The translations under genes and the position numbers were made by a program. Shown here piece by piece: positions 9,901 through 22,800 of a stretch of 64,000 nt of DNA. The first letter of the stretch is position 1, and every line of letters begins with the position of its first letter. The notes under the pieces are model-generated. The model saw only the letters and a list, made by a program, of their open reading frames with translations. It was not told the DNA's origin and made no database searches. Origin of the DNA: Desulfatiglandales bacterium (GTDB lineage: Bacteria; Desulfobacterota; DSM-4660; Desulfatiglandales; Desulfatiglandaceae); contig OY762721.1 of NCBI GenBank assembly GCA_963666345.1, positions 544,001-608,000 of the forward strand, given 5' to 3'.

Positions 9901-10124
9901 TTGTCTTCAATAAGCTTTCGAACGCCTTCCATTACCTCAACACCAGGTATCGGCCTGACTCGACCACTTCGCACCTCATCACGGCGTTTTTTTGCTTCGG
10001 CCAGCCAGATTTCACGAACCGATTCCTGATCAAGACTCTCAACAAGTCTTTCAGCCAGCAGAGCCCTTGATTCGCCGGACAAGGCCATGGCCTTGATTGT
10101 CAATTCATCCAAAGATATAGCCAT
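9897..10124 (-). CDS. Putative addiction-module antitoxin
   Basis: RALLAERLVESLD..W..EA..R..E..SG.V..IP pattern; GGAGGTG RBS; 4-bp ATGA overlap with the toxin. Confidence 0.85.
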   Translation of the reverse strand: MAISLDELTIKAMALSGESRALLAERLVESLDQESVREIWLAEAKKRRDEVRSGRVRPIPGVEVMEGVRKLIEDK

Positions 10125-10304
10125 TATACATCACCTCCAAAAATTATATTCTCATACTATATCATAACCACCTGTTAATTCAAGTATTAACCAAAATTTC
10201 GCTGAAACAAAAGTCTCCGCTAGTCATAAAAAGCGTGAATTCAGCTTTGAATTAGATAACCCAAGGTGAATGTCTATCAATCATAGGATTCTTTTGTAAA
10301 TCTT

Positions 10305-10345
10305 TTCATCCGTTTTGATCCTGTTTTGTCAAGCGCAGCGGGCGG
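10305..10345 (+). repeat. 41-bp direct repeat, copy 2
   Basis: Identical core; followed by GGGGCCGAGGGGTC and GGTTGGAGAAACAGCAT, as in copy 3. Confidence 0.95.
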
Positions 10346-10548
10346 CTAAAAAAAGGGGCCGAGGGGTCCAGGGCCCAAGTGCAATGCGGTTGGAGAAACA
10401 GCATGTTTTTTCCTCCGTGCTCTCTGTGGTCCCTGTGATAAACAAAAGGCTTTTAAATTCTACCCATGCGTTGAAAAAAGAAAAACAGCCTACCTTTTGC
10501 GAAGCAAATGGGGCTTTTGCTCTGCCAAGATCGGCAGGGCAAAAATTC

Positions 10549-10589
10549 TTCATCCGTTTTGATCCTGTTTTGTCAAGCGCAGCGGGCGG
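10549..10589 (+). repeat. 41-bp direct repeat, copy 3
   Basis: Identical core; preceded by the hairpin TTTTGCTCTGCC-AAGATC-GGCAGGGCAAAA (10515-10544). Confidence 0.95.
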
Positions 10590-10739
10590 TTAAAGGGAAG
10601 GGTTCGAAGGGGCCGAGGGGTCAAGTGATCCGCCACAGAACAGGCGGATAAAAATGGGGTTGGAGAAACAGCATAAAAGTCATTTACAAATGATATCAAG
10701 GTCTTATTGGAACATCCGTTCATCTGACATCCCGCACAA

Positions 10740-10780
10740 AAAGACTGCCGTGAAGGTGTTTTACCATCACGGCAGTCTTT
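10740..10780 (-). terminator. Intrinsic terminator of adhesin 1
   Basis: AAAGACTGCCGTGA..TCACGGCAGTCTTT inverted repeat 40 nt past the stop codon. Confidence 0.8.
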
Positions 10781-10820
10781 GTTTTTAATGGGTTATGTTA
10801 TTGGTTGCCGTTCATTCCGG

Positions 10821-13800
10821 TTAATCGTCTATGTCGATATCGTCCAACAGAGAGTTGAGTTCATCACCGACTGTTAAATCACCGTAATCGATGTTGTCGA
10901 AAGTCACACTGCCAAGTTCGGTAGTCTCAGCCGCATCTCCGTAAAGCACCAGCTCGGCATCCCCGCCGTCATCTCTCACACCATAATGATCGATACCGGC
11001 AATATTCGTGAAATCTATCAGATCATCCTCTGACTGGTCATAGTCAATGATAGTGTCATGACCCTCGCCCGCCCTGAATATGTCGGTTCCGTCACCTCCC
11101 GTCATGGTGTCGTCGCCCGCGCCTCCGTCAAGTATGTCGTTACCGGCGCCGCCGTCAAGCGTGTCGTTACCCGCGCCTCCCGACAGGTAGTCGCTTCCGC
11201 CGTTTCCGTTCAGGGTGTCATTGCCTGCTTCGCCTTCAAGGATGTCGGTGCCGTCACTGCCGCTCAAAGTGTCGTCACCCGCGCCGCCTGCCAGGTGGTC
11301 GTTTCCTGCATCCCCCACAGCCGTGTCATTGCCCGCGCCGCCCTGGAACACATCATCGCCGGTTGTGGCCGCATACGGATGATCGGTGATACCTACGGTC
11401 AGGTCGGCTGTGTCCTCGCTTCCGTCCGCGTCCTGAACCGTGTAGGTGAAGGTGTCACTCGTTCCCGGCGGGATATCGGATGCGACTGGCGTGTACACGT
11501 AATCGCCCGCGTCGTGCCCGTCATAAGCCACGGTATAGACCTGGAGCGAACCATTTGCCGTAGTCACGGTTATCACGCCGTTTCCATCCGGGATCTCCCC
11601 GTCCACCTCAGTTACAAGCATCCCTCCGTCATTGCCGGCATCGTCATTATCCAGGACGTTTCCTGAAGCTGCCACAGCATCTGTCCAGTCGAAATCAGGG
11701 GCCGTGACCGTGATAACCGTCTCGCTCGTCTCCAGATCGTAGGCTGTGTAGCTCAGGTTTTTCATATCCACCTTGAGGTTACCCGACCAGAAAGTGTTGT
11801 CATCAGCGCTGAGCCTTACGTAGTATGTGCCGTTCTCATCAATGCCGGTAAAGATCTTTATCCCGTCAGAAGTCACCGACTGTGAGGCTCCTACCTGGAC
11901 ACCGTCCTTGTAAAGCGCCACCGAAACCGTGTCATCGGGATTATATTTTTTCACATCGATATAGACTGACACACTTGCTTGATGGCTCGCATCCGCCTCT
12001 AAAGAAAAGTGGCTTGTGTCAACGGTGACTACGTTCGAACTCCATCCAGAGGGATCAACACTCCATGTTCCGGAAACAGCGGTCGTTGTTGGTCCCGTCC
12101 ACACAGGAGGCTCGGTCACAGTACCGTCATATGTCACATCGCTTCCGGGACTCCAGAAACCTTCCTCTGCAGTGCCGGAATCGCCAAGCGCCGTGGGAAC
12201 CCCGTCCTTGATGGTGATGGTGAGATCCGCCGAGGCCGTGTCCCCGTCCCCGTCCCTTATGGTGTAGGTGAATACCTCGGGCGTGTCCTCTGTCACGTTT
12301 GCAGGTGAGGAGTAGCTGTAGTCGCCGGTTTCAAAGTTGACCGAAAGGGTACCACCTTCATGAGTCGTAATGGTCAGGGTATCGGTGCCGCTGTCGTATT
12401 CCGGGGAACTGGTATCATACACTTCATCCGGATCTATGGTCCCGTTTCCGTCCGTGTCGTGCGCGATGGAAACGACCTCCAGGGTGCCCTCGCCGTCCGC
12501 GCCGAAATCAACCCCGTCCAGAAGGCTCCCGGTCGCGGGAGTTATCACGGAACCCGCCAGCACATCCGCCAGATCGGCAAGGTCATCCACGATCACGGCG
12601 GGGATTTCTTCCGGTGTAATACCGTCGTATGCAATCGGATCAAGGGTGGCAGTCGATGTTATATCGTCTCCCATACCGAGTGCGAACGAGATGATATGGT
12701 TATCTTCCAGAAAACCTTCCCACACGCCCTCATCGGTCGACCCTATTTCATAACCATCGTTCGGATCACCGTCTGAGAGAAAGTACGAGACGTTCTGTGC
12801 ATCCGTGATTGCGCCCGAATCATTAAAGGCATCCATTGCTTCCTCAATGGCCGCTTCATAGTTTGTGCCTCCATTTCCGGCATAATCGTTAAGGCCTGTA
12901 ATATAGTTCTGCGCATCCGTTGCCGTCATCCAGGTGGAGCCGTAAGCACTCGCGCTCGAGCTGAAGGTCACAATTCGCACCATGACGTCTCCCCTGTCAT
13001 CGTACTCGCTTATAAGATTGTCGATCGCCTCCTTTGCAACGGCAAGCCGCGTTGCATACCCGCTGACTCCGGACCCCCAATCCATACTTCCAGACATATC
13101 CAGGATGATCATCAGGTTGGTGCTGGGAGCCGTGGCCTCATCCACATCAGTGCTGATATCGGATGCTAACGGCGCATCGTCATCGACAGTCACGGTAAAG
13201 CTGCCTTGAGCCGTGTCACCATCGCCGTCCGTTGCCGTGAAGCTGAAATCAAGCTCCAGGTCGTCTTCTGCATCAACGGTCCCGTGCATGAGTGCAAGGC
13301 TCTGGCTGTAGGTGTAGGTTCCGTCACCGTTCACCGTAATCGCGAATACCTCGGTTGATGTTCCGTCTATGTAGGCCTTGTTATCAACGCTGCTCCATAC
13401 CACGTCCTGGCCGTCTGCTGTCTGCACCCCCGCGGTATCGAGCTCGATAACCAGGGGGTCAACAGCGGCAGGACCGTCACTGCCATAGTCTATGTCAAGG
13501 GTACCGGTGGAATTAACATCTCCATCGGGCATATCGGCAAGATCACCGACATGGCCGGTATAACTATCACCCGGATTACCTTCCGAAAGTGCCTCTTCGT
13601 CATATGAAGCGTCGGTTACAGTGAGGATCTCAGGCGCATCATCGGTCCCGTTTATCGTAATAGTCAAGGTCGCCATGCTCGTGTCGCCGTCGGCGTCCCG
13701 CATGGAGTATGTGAAGATATCGGTAAGCGTCTCACCCTCGTCCAGTGATTGGACATCTCCATTATCATTATCCAGTTCATACTCGTAGCTGCCGTCGGCA

Positions 13801-16800
13801 TTCAAAGTCACCGTCCCGTAGTCGCCTGCCAGGGAACTACCCGGGTTAACAGGTGTGCTGGAATCTCCTATCTCTCCGGTACGCACCCATGTCACGGCCG
13901 GGCCTCCGTCCGCGCCGGCGTCATCCGCCACTCCGTCCGTCGTGTTTGCGTCGCCGCCGGGCACATCTACGCCTGTAAGCACATTGCCCGTGGCAACCGT
14001 GCTGCCATCCTCTGTAACCGAGTCTGAATCATCCTCTGCCGTCGGGGCATCATCACCGAAACGCAGCAGTGTGCCGATGTCGATGGTGTCGGCAGCCGTA
14101 TCACCGTCACCATCAGTCGCCGTGGCGGTCAACGTAACGCTGCCTGCATCGGCCAGAGTAATTATTTCGTTCGGATCAGAGGTCGAGTGCATAACCGCCC
14201 GTGCCTGATCCAGGGTCACATTACCGGTGCCGTCAACACTCACGGTAAAAACGATATCGCCGCTCTCGGCATTTAAGGCATCCGTGCCCTCACGACCTAC
14301 TACTTCGCCACTTTCAACAAACAGAAAGACATCGTTGCCGCTTTTCGAGTCAACCAGGCCGGAGTCAACACCGGCCGTAGCCACGCCCAAAGTGTAGGCC
14401 ACAGACTCCAGCCCGTCGGCCCCACCCTCAATGTCAAAGTATGTGCTGAAGTCCTTGGTGTCGTCGGTGCCAAAATCGCTTTCATCGACTTTCACCCCTG
14501 CATTCCAGGTAACATTGATGTTCACGTCCTCGTAATCGGAATCCGTGTCCCAGAAAAGATCTTCCCAGTTCTGGTTACCCGCCCATTCATTGTCCTGAAC
14601 ATGGGAATAGCCGTCCACGTTAAGCGCCGCGTTATCAAAAAAGATATTTGCACCCTCGCCGGTCAGCGCTGTGCCGTCTTGCAAGGCCTGCCACACGCCA
14701 CCTACCTGCTGGAAGGTAATGTCATCGCCATCTGCAAGATCGGGGTTTTGCCCTGCACCGTCAGGGATAATGAAAAAGCCCACCTGCTCCGGTGCATAGC
14801 CTTCCACTGTTACCGGTCCGCCTGCGGCCTTGACATTCGCCCAGATGATTTCGCCTGTGGTCGGATCGCCATTTCCATCTTTGATGTAGTACCCATAACT
14901 GTTGTCATAGCCAGCAACCCCAACATTCTGATACTCGGCGGTAAAGCTGTATGTTTCAGCACCCGCCTGCGCGGTAATGCTCGGTACATCATCCACTATG
15001 TCGATATAAATCGTCGCAGTGTCAGTGTTTCCGTTTGCATCCGTCACCTTGTAGGTAAAGGATTCAGCATTATCCTCTGTGTTCGTCCCGTTATCAGATG
15101 CCGGATCAGTGTCAAACGGCTTGGTCAACGTGTATATATAACTGCCGTCAGAGTCGATCTCGATCTCACCGTAACTGCCCGTAGCACTCCCAACCAGCTC
15201 ATAGGTAAGCGTCCCAAAACCTCCACTTACATTGCCCGTCAGGCTGTTGCTCGCATCCGTCTCTCCAATGCTCCCGGGTAAACTACCAGTTACCGTACCA
15301 GCTGCAAGATCAGCACCGTCCTCATTAAGATCAAGGGCTTCCTCGTAAACCGTAACTTCATCATCGTTTGTCGCAACAAGACCACTGTCTGTTAAGTCAA
15401 TCGTCAACGTCGTGGTCGAAAGATCTCCATCTCCATCCTCTATCGTGTACACAAACACATCGCTTACATCACTTGTGATTCCGTCCGATGTGGATTTGTA
15501 CGTGTACCCACCATCTGCATCAAGCGTAAGATTACCGTACAGTCCCGCTATCTCAGTGCCTACATTTCCACTGGCATCCGTCGTCGTGTCTCCTCCAGCT
15601 GCCCTTACTCCTACTACTCCTCCTCCTGACTCGTAGCCGTCCGCTCCAGCCTCGTCATTAGAAAGTACTCCATTTGCCGCCGCTACCGTAAGAGTAGCTC
15701 CTTCGTCTACATCTCCTGTGTCAAACGTCGCCGTAGGTACATCATCCACTATGTCGATATAAATCGTCGCAGTGTCAGTGTTTCCGTTTGCATCCGTCAC
15801 CTTGTAGGTAAAGGATTCAGCATTATCCTCTGTGTTCGTCCCGTTATCAGATGCCGGATCAGTGTCAAACGGCTTGGTCAACGTGTATATATAACTGCCG
15901 TCAGAGTCGATCTCGATCTCACCGTAACTGCCCGTAGCACTCCCAACCAGCTCATAGGTAAGCGTCCCAAAACCTCCACTTACATTGCCCGTCAGGCTGT
16001 TGCTCGCATCCGTCTCTCCAATGCTCCCGGGTAAACTACCAGTTACCGTACCAGCTGCAAGATCAGCACCGTCCTCATTAAGATCAAGGGCTTCCTCGTA
16101 AACCGTAACTTCATCATCGTTTGTCGCAACAAGACCACTGTCTGTTAAGTCAATCGTCAACGTCGTGGTCGAAAGATCTCCATCTCCATCCTCTATCGTG
16201 TACACAAACACATCGCTTACATCACTTGTGATTCCGTCCGATGTGGATTTGTACGTGTACCCACCATCTGCATCAAGCGTAAGATTACCGTACAGTCCCG
16301 CTATCTCAGTGCCTACATTTCCACTGGCATCCGTCGTCGTGTCTCCTCCAGCTGCCCTTACTCCTACTACTCCTCCTCCTGACTCGTAGCCGTCCGCTCC
16401 AGCCTCGTCATTAGAAAGTACTCCATTTGCCGCCGCTACCGTAAGAGTAGCTCCTTCGTCTACATCTCCTGTGTCAAACGTCGCCGTAGGTACATCATCC
16501 ACTATGTCGATATAAATCGTCGCAGTGTCAGTGTTTCCGTTTGCATCCGTCACCTTGTAGGTAAAGGATTCAGCATTATCCTCTGTGTTCGTCCCGTTAT
16601 CAGATGCCGGATCAGTGTCAAACGGCTTGGTCAACGTGTATATATAACTGCCGTCAGAGTCGATCTCGATCTCACCGTAACTGCCCGTAGCACTCCCAAC
16701 CAGCTCATAGGTAAGCGTCCCAAAACCTCCACTTACATTGCCCGTCAGGCTGTTGCTCGCATCCGTCTCTCCAATGCTCCCGGGTAAACTACCAGTTACC

Positions 16801-19800
16801 GTACCAGCTGCAAGATCAGCACCGTCCTCATTAAGATCAAGGGCTTCCTCGTAAACCGTAACTTCATCATCGTTTGTCGCAACAAGACCACTGTCTGTTA
16901 AGTCAATCGTCAACGTCGTGGTCGAAAGATCTCCATCTCCATCCTCTATCGTGTACACAAACACATCGCTTACATCACTTGTGATTCCGTCCGATGTGGA
17001 TTTGTACGTGTACCCACCATCTGCATCAAGCGTAAGATTACCGTACAGTCCCGCTATCTCAGTGCCTACATTTCCACTGGCATCCGTCGTCGTGTCTCCT
17101 CCAGCTGCCCTTACTCCTACTACTCCTCCTCCTGACTTGTAGCCGTCCGCTCCAGCCTCGTCATTAGAAAGTACTCCATTTGCCGCCGCTACCGTAAGAG
17201 TAGCTCCTTCGTCTACATCTCCTGTGTCAAACGTCGCCGTAGGTACATCATCCACTATGTCGATATAAATCGTCGCAGTGTCAGTGTTTCCGTTTGCATC
17301 CGTCACCTTGTAGGTAAAGGATTCAGCATTATCCTCTGTGTTCGTCCCGTTATCAGATGCCGGATCAGTGTCAAACGGCTTGGTCAACGTGTATATATAA
17401 CTGCCGTCAGAGTCGATCTCGATCTCACCGTAACTGCCCGTAGCACTCCCAACCAGCTCATAGGTAAGCGTCCCAAAACCTCCACTTACATTGCCCGTCA
17501 GGCTGTTGCTCGCATCCGTCTCTCCAATGCTCCCGGGTAAACTACCAGTTACCGTACCAGCTGCAAGATCAGCACCGTCCTCATTAAGATCAAGGGCTTC
17601 CTCGTAAACCGTAACTTCATCATCGTTTGTCGCAACAAGACCACTGTCTGTTAAGTCAATCGTCAACGTCGTGGTCGAAAGATCTCCATCTCCATCCTCT
17701 ATCGTGTACACAAACACATCGCTTACATCACTTGTGATTCCGTCCGATGTGGATTTGTACGTGTACCCACCATCTGCATCAAGCGTAAGATTACCGTACA
17801 GTCCCGCTATCTCAGTGCCTACATTTCCACTGGCATCCGTCGTCGTGTCTCCTCCAGCTGCCCTTACTCCTACTACTCCTCCTCCTGACTCGTAGCCGTC
17901 CGCTCCAGCCTCGTCATTAGAAAGTACTCCATTTGCCGCCGCTACCGTAAGAGTAGCTCCTTCGTCTACATCTCCTGTGTCAAACGTCGCCGTAGGTACA
18001 TCATCCACTATGTCGATATAAATCGTCGCAGTGTCAGTGTTTCCGTTTGCATCCGTCACCTTGTAGGTAAAGGATTCAGCATTATCCTCTGTGTTCGTCC
18101 CGTTATCAGATGCCGGATCAGTGTCAAACGGCTTGGTCAACGTGTATATATAACTGCCGTCAGAGTCGATCTCGATCTCACCGTAACTGCCCGTAGCACT
18201 CCCAACCAGCTCATAGGTAAGCGTCCCAAAACCTCCACTTACATTGCCCGTCAGGCTGTTGCTCGCATCCGTCTCTCCAATGCTCCCGGGTAAACTACCA
18301 GTTACCGTACCAGCTGCAAGATCAGCACCGTCCTCATTAAGATCAAGGGCTTCCTCGTAAACCGTAACTTCATCATCGTTTGTCGCAACAAGACCACTGT
18401 CTGTTAAGTCAATCGTCAACGTCGTGGTCGAAAGATCTCCATCTCCATCCTCTATCGTGTACACAAACACATCGCTTACATCACTTGTGATTCCGTCCGA
18501 TGTGGATTTGTACGTGTACCCACCATCTGCATCAAGCGTAAGATTACCGTACAGTCCCGCTATCTCAGTGCCTACATTTCCACTGGCATCCGTCGTCGTG
18601 TCTCCTCCAGCTGCCCTTACTCCTACTACTCCTCCTCCTGACTCGTAGCCGTCCGCTCCAGCCTCGTCATTAGAAAGTACTCCATTTGCCGCCGCTACCG
18701 TAAGAGTAGCTCCTTCGTCTACATCTCCTGTGTCAAACGTCGCCGTAGGTACATCATCCACTATGTCGATATAAATCGTCGCAGTGTCAGTGTTTCCGTT
18801 TGCATCCGTCACCTTGTAGGTAAAGGATTCAGCATTATCCTCTGTGTTCGTCCCGTTATCAGATGCCGGATCAGTGTCAAACGGCTTGGTCAACGTGTAT
18901 ATATAACTGCCGTCAGAGTCGATCTCGATCTCACCGTAACTGCCCGTAGCACTCCCAACCAGCTCATAGGTAAGCGTCCCAAAACCTCCACTTACATTGC
19001 CCGTCAGGCTGTTGCTCGCATCCGTCTCTCCAATGCTCCCGGGTAAACTACCAGTTACCGTACCAGCTGCAAGATCAGCACCGTCCTCATTAAGATCAAG
19101 GGCTTCCTCGTAAACCGTAACTTCATCATCGTTTGTCGCAACAAGACCACTGTCTGTTAAGTCAATCGTCAACGTCGTGGTCGAAAGATCTCCATCTCCA
19201 TCCTCTATCGTGTACACAAACACATCGCTTACATCACTTGTGATTCCGTCCGATGTGGATTTGTACGTGTACCCACCATCTGCATCAAGCGTAAGATTAC
19301 CGTACAGTCCCGCTATCTCAGTGCCTACATTTCCACTGGCATCCGTCGTCGTGTCTCCTCCAGCTGCCCTTACTCCTACTACTCCTCCTCCTGACTCGTA
19401 GCCGTCCGCTCCAGCCTCGTCATTAGAAAGTACTCCATTTGCCGCCGCTACCGTAAGAGTAGCTCCTTCGTCTACATCTCCTGTGTCAAACGTCGCCGTA
19501 GGTACATCATCCACTATGTCGATATAAATCGTCGCAGTGTCAGTGTTTCCGTTTGCATCCGTCACCTTGTAGGTAAAGGATTCAGCATTATCCTCTGTGT
19601 TCGTCCCGTTATCAGATGCCGGATCAGTGTCAAACGGCTTGGTCAACGTGTATATATAACTGCCGTCAGAGTCGATCTCGATCTCACCGTAACTGCCCGT
19701 AGCACTCCCAACCAGCTCATAGGTAAGCGTCCCAAAACCTCCACTTACATTGCCCGTCAGGCTGTTGCTCGCATCCGTCTCTCCAATGCTCCCGGGTAAA

Positions 19801-22800
19801 CTACCAGTTACCGTACCAGCTGCAAGATCAGCACCGTCCTCATTAAGATCAAGGGCTTCCTCGTAAACCGTAACTTCATCATCGTTTGTCGCAACAAGAC
19901 CACTGTCTGTTAAGTCAATCGTCAACGTCGTGGTCGAAAGATCTCCATCTCCATCCTCTATCGTGTACACAAACACATCGCTTACATCACTTGTGATTCC
20001 GTCCGATGTGGATTTGTACGTGTACCCACCATCTGCATCAAGCGTAAGATTACCGTACAGTCCCGCTATCTCAGTGCCTACATTTCCACTGGCATCCGTC
20101 GTCGTGTCTCCTCCAGCTGCCCTTACTCCTACTACTCCTCCTCCTGACTCGTAGCCGTCCGCTCCAGCCTCGTCATTAGAAAGTACTCCATTTGCCGCCG
20201 CTACCGTAAGAGTAGCTCCTTCGTCTACATCTCCTGTGTCAAACGTCGCCGTAGGTACATCATCCACTATGTCGATATAAATCGTCGCAGTGTCAGTGTT
20301 TCCGTTTGCATCCGTCACCTTGTAGGTAAAGGATTCAGCATTATCCTCTGTGTTCGTCCCGTTATCAGATGCCGGATCAGTGTCAAACGGCTTGGTCAAC
20401 GTGTATATATAACTGCCGTCAGAGTCGATCTCGATCTCACCGTAACTGCCCGTAGCACTCCCAACCAGCTCATAGGTAAGCGTCCCAAAACCTCCACTTA
20501 CATTGCCCGTCAGGCTGTTGCTCGCATCCGTCTCTCCAATGCTCCCGGGTAAACTACCAGTTACCGTACCAGCTGCAAGATCAGCACCGTCCTCATTAAG
20601 ATCAAGGGCTTCCTCGTAAACCGTAACTTCATCATCGTTTGTCGCAACAAGACCACTGTCTGTTAAGTCAATCGTCAACGTCGTGGTCGAAAGATCTCCA
20701 TCTCCATCCTCTATCGTGTACACAAACACATCGCTTACATCACTTGTGATTCCGTCCGATGTGGATTTGTACGTGTACCCACCATCTGCATCAAGCGTAA
20801 GATTACCGTACAGTCCCGCTATCTCAGTGCCTACATTTCCACTGGCATCCGTCGTCGTGTCTCCTCCAGCTGCCCTTACTCCTACTACTCCTCCTCCTGA
20901 CTCGTAGCCGTCCGCTCCAGCCTCGTCATTAGAAAGTACTCCATTTGCCGCCGCTACTGTAAGAGTAGCTCCTTCGTCTACATCTCCTGTGTCAAACGTC
21001 GCACTCGGACCGTCATCCTCAAAGCTGAACATGGCGCTGATATCCAACTCATCGGTGGCTACATCACCATCTCCATCTGTCACTGTTACCTTGGCGCCTA
21101 TAACTCCTGCGCTAAGATTCATCGCATCGTCATAATTCGTGTCATCATCATGCGTCAGGGACAGATACTGCGTCAGCGTCACTTCGCCTGTGTCGCTGTC
21201 TATCGTAAAGTCAAAAGCAACATCACCACCTGCTCGACCCTCGATCGTGCCTGCGTTGTTGTAAAGCAACACGTCAGTGCCGTCCGTGGTGTCAAGACCA
21301 GAATCAGTTCCATCAGAGGATATCGTCAGGCTGAACTCGCTCGTTCCTCCTTCTTCATCCGCTCCATAGGCTGAGCCTGTAGAGTTAACTAGAACCGCAC
21401 TGGCCTGGCCAAGAGCTCCACTTACATCATCTCCGTCTGCACTCTCGTCTACACTGATGCTGGCTCCCTCAGAACCTATGGTGGCACTCGGGCCGTCATC
21501 GTCAAAGCTGAACACCGAAGCACCAAGATCAATGGAGTGATCGGCTGTATCTCCGTCGGCATCCGTTACCGTGGCTTTGATCTGAAGGTCGCTCGACAAA
21601 GTCGTCGTCAAGGTCTCTGTGTCGTCATGGTCACTATCATCACCGTGCCAGATGGCTGCCAGCTGATTGAGCTCTACATCTCCTGTGCTCGGATCAAGGG
21701 TGATGGTGAAGTAGTCGGTTCCGCCAGCAGAACCCGTGATCACATCACCACTCTGGGTCATGATGATCTCTTCTCCCTGGCCGTATCCGTCTCCGTCTGT
21801 TGCATCCGTATCTGTCGCATCAATAGCATACAGACCAGAGCCAACACCGCTGCCGGTGTCGTTCAGAACCAGCTCGTAATCAACACTGCCCGCTCCATCC
21901 TCACCGTAATCAATCGCAGGAGTAAAGTTGTCCGCAAAATTGTGCTCAGCATCAGTGCTAAGATCGCTCTCGTCTACACTGAACGTATCAGCGGCAATAA
22001 CTTCTCCAGCATCAATGCTCGGGCCGTCATCGTCAAAGCTGAACACGCCTTGACTCAGATCAAGAGAGGCAGAGGCCGAATCATTGTCGGAATCTGTCAC
22101 AGTCTTGGTAAGCAGTATAGAACCGGGTAAGGCATTGAGCGTCTCAACATCGTCGTGCTCTGTTGCAGGGTCATCACCGGGCAGGTCGTGCCAGATGTTA
22201 TTGGACTGACTAAAGGTGACATGTCCGAATGTAGGAGATTGAGGGTCGTTGTCCACGCTGATCCGGAAGTATTCCGTCTGCCCAACCTTTCCTACTATGT
22301 CTCCAAATTCCTGGTACAGCAGGATCTCTTCGCCCTGGCCGTAGCCGTCTATGGACGTCTCGATATCTGTCGGATCAAGGGCATAAAGACCTGATCCCAC
22401 ACCTCCCACCAGCAAAACGCCACCGCCTGCGATGGCATCTCCCAGATCCGGGTTGGAAGCCATCTGCCCCTGAAGCGACAGCCTGTAATCCACATAACCA
22501 GGACCGTCAGCTCCAAAGTTGTCTCCGTCGTCATCAAAATTGTCAGAAAAATCAGCCGTCACGCTATGGATCCCGTCATCAATGCCGTCATCCTCAACAG
22601 GAACCTCTACGGGATCGGGAACTGGAGATTCGTCCAAAGTTAATGTGTCAAGATCAATATCACTCAGATACACAACCGGTGTGTCGTCATCCACGTTGAT
22701 GAGGAAACTGCCGTCAACCGTGTCCCCATCACCGTCCGTCACCCGGTAGTCAATGGTAAAATCAAGGTTTTCCTCAAATGTGCCTGACTCGGGATGCATA

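Noticed and set aside
9500..10589. 41-bp repeats as a CRISPR array or integron attC sites
   Set aside because: Only three copies with gaps of 764 and 203 nt, no cas or intI gene, and no consistent RYYYAAC..GTTRRRY ends
10315..10593. 92-aa and 74-aa ORFs between repeat copies 2 and 3
   Set aside because: Made largely of repeat and hairpin sequence, with no recognisable motif
15412..20907. Eight repeated 74-aa + strand ORFs ([10 protein letters not shown]..)
   Set aside because: Antisense shadows of the 753-bp coding repeat; no RBS
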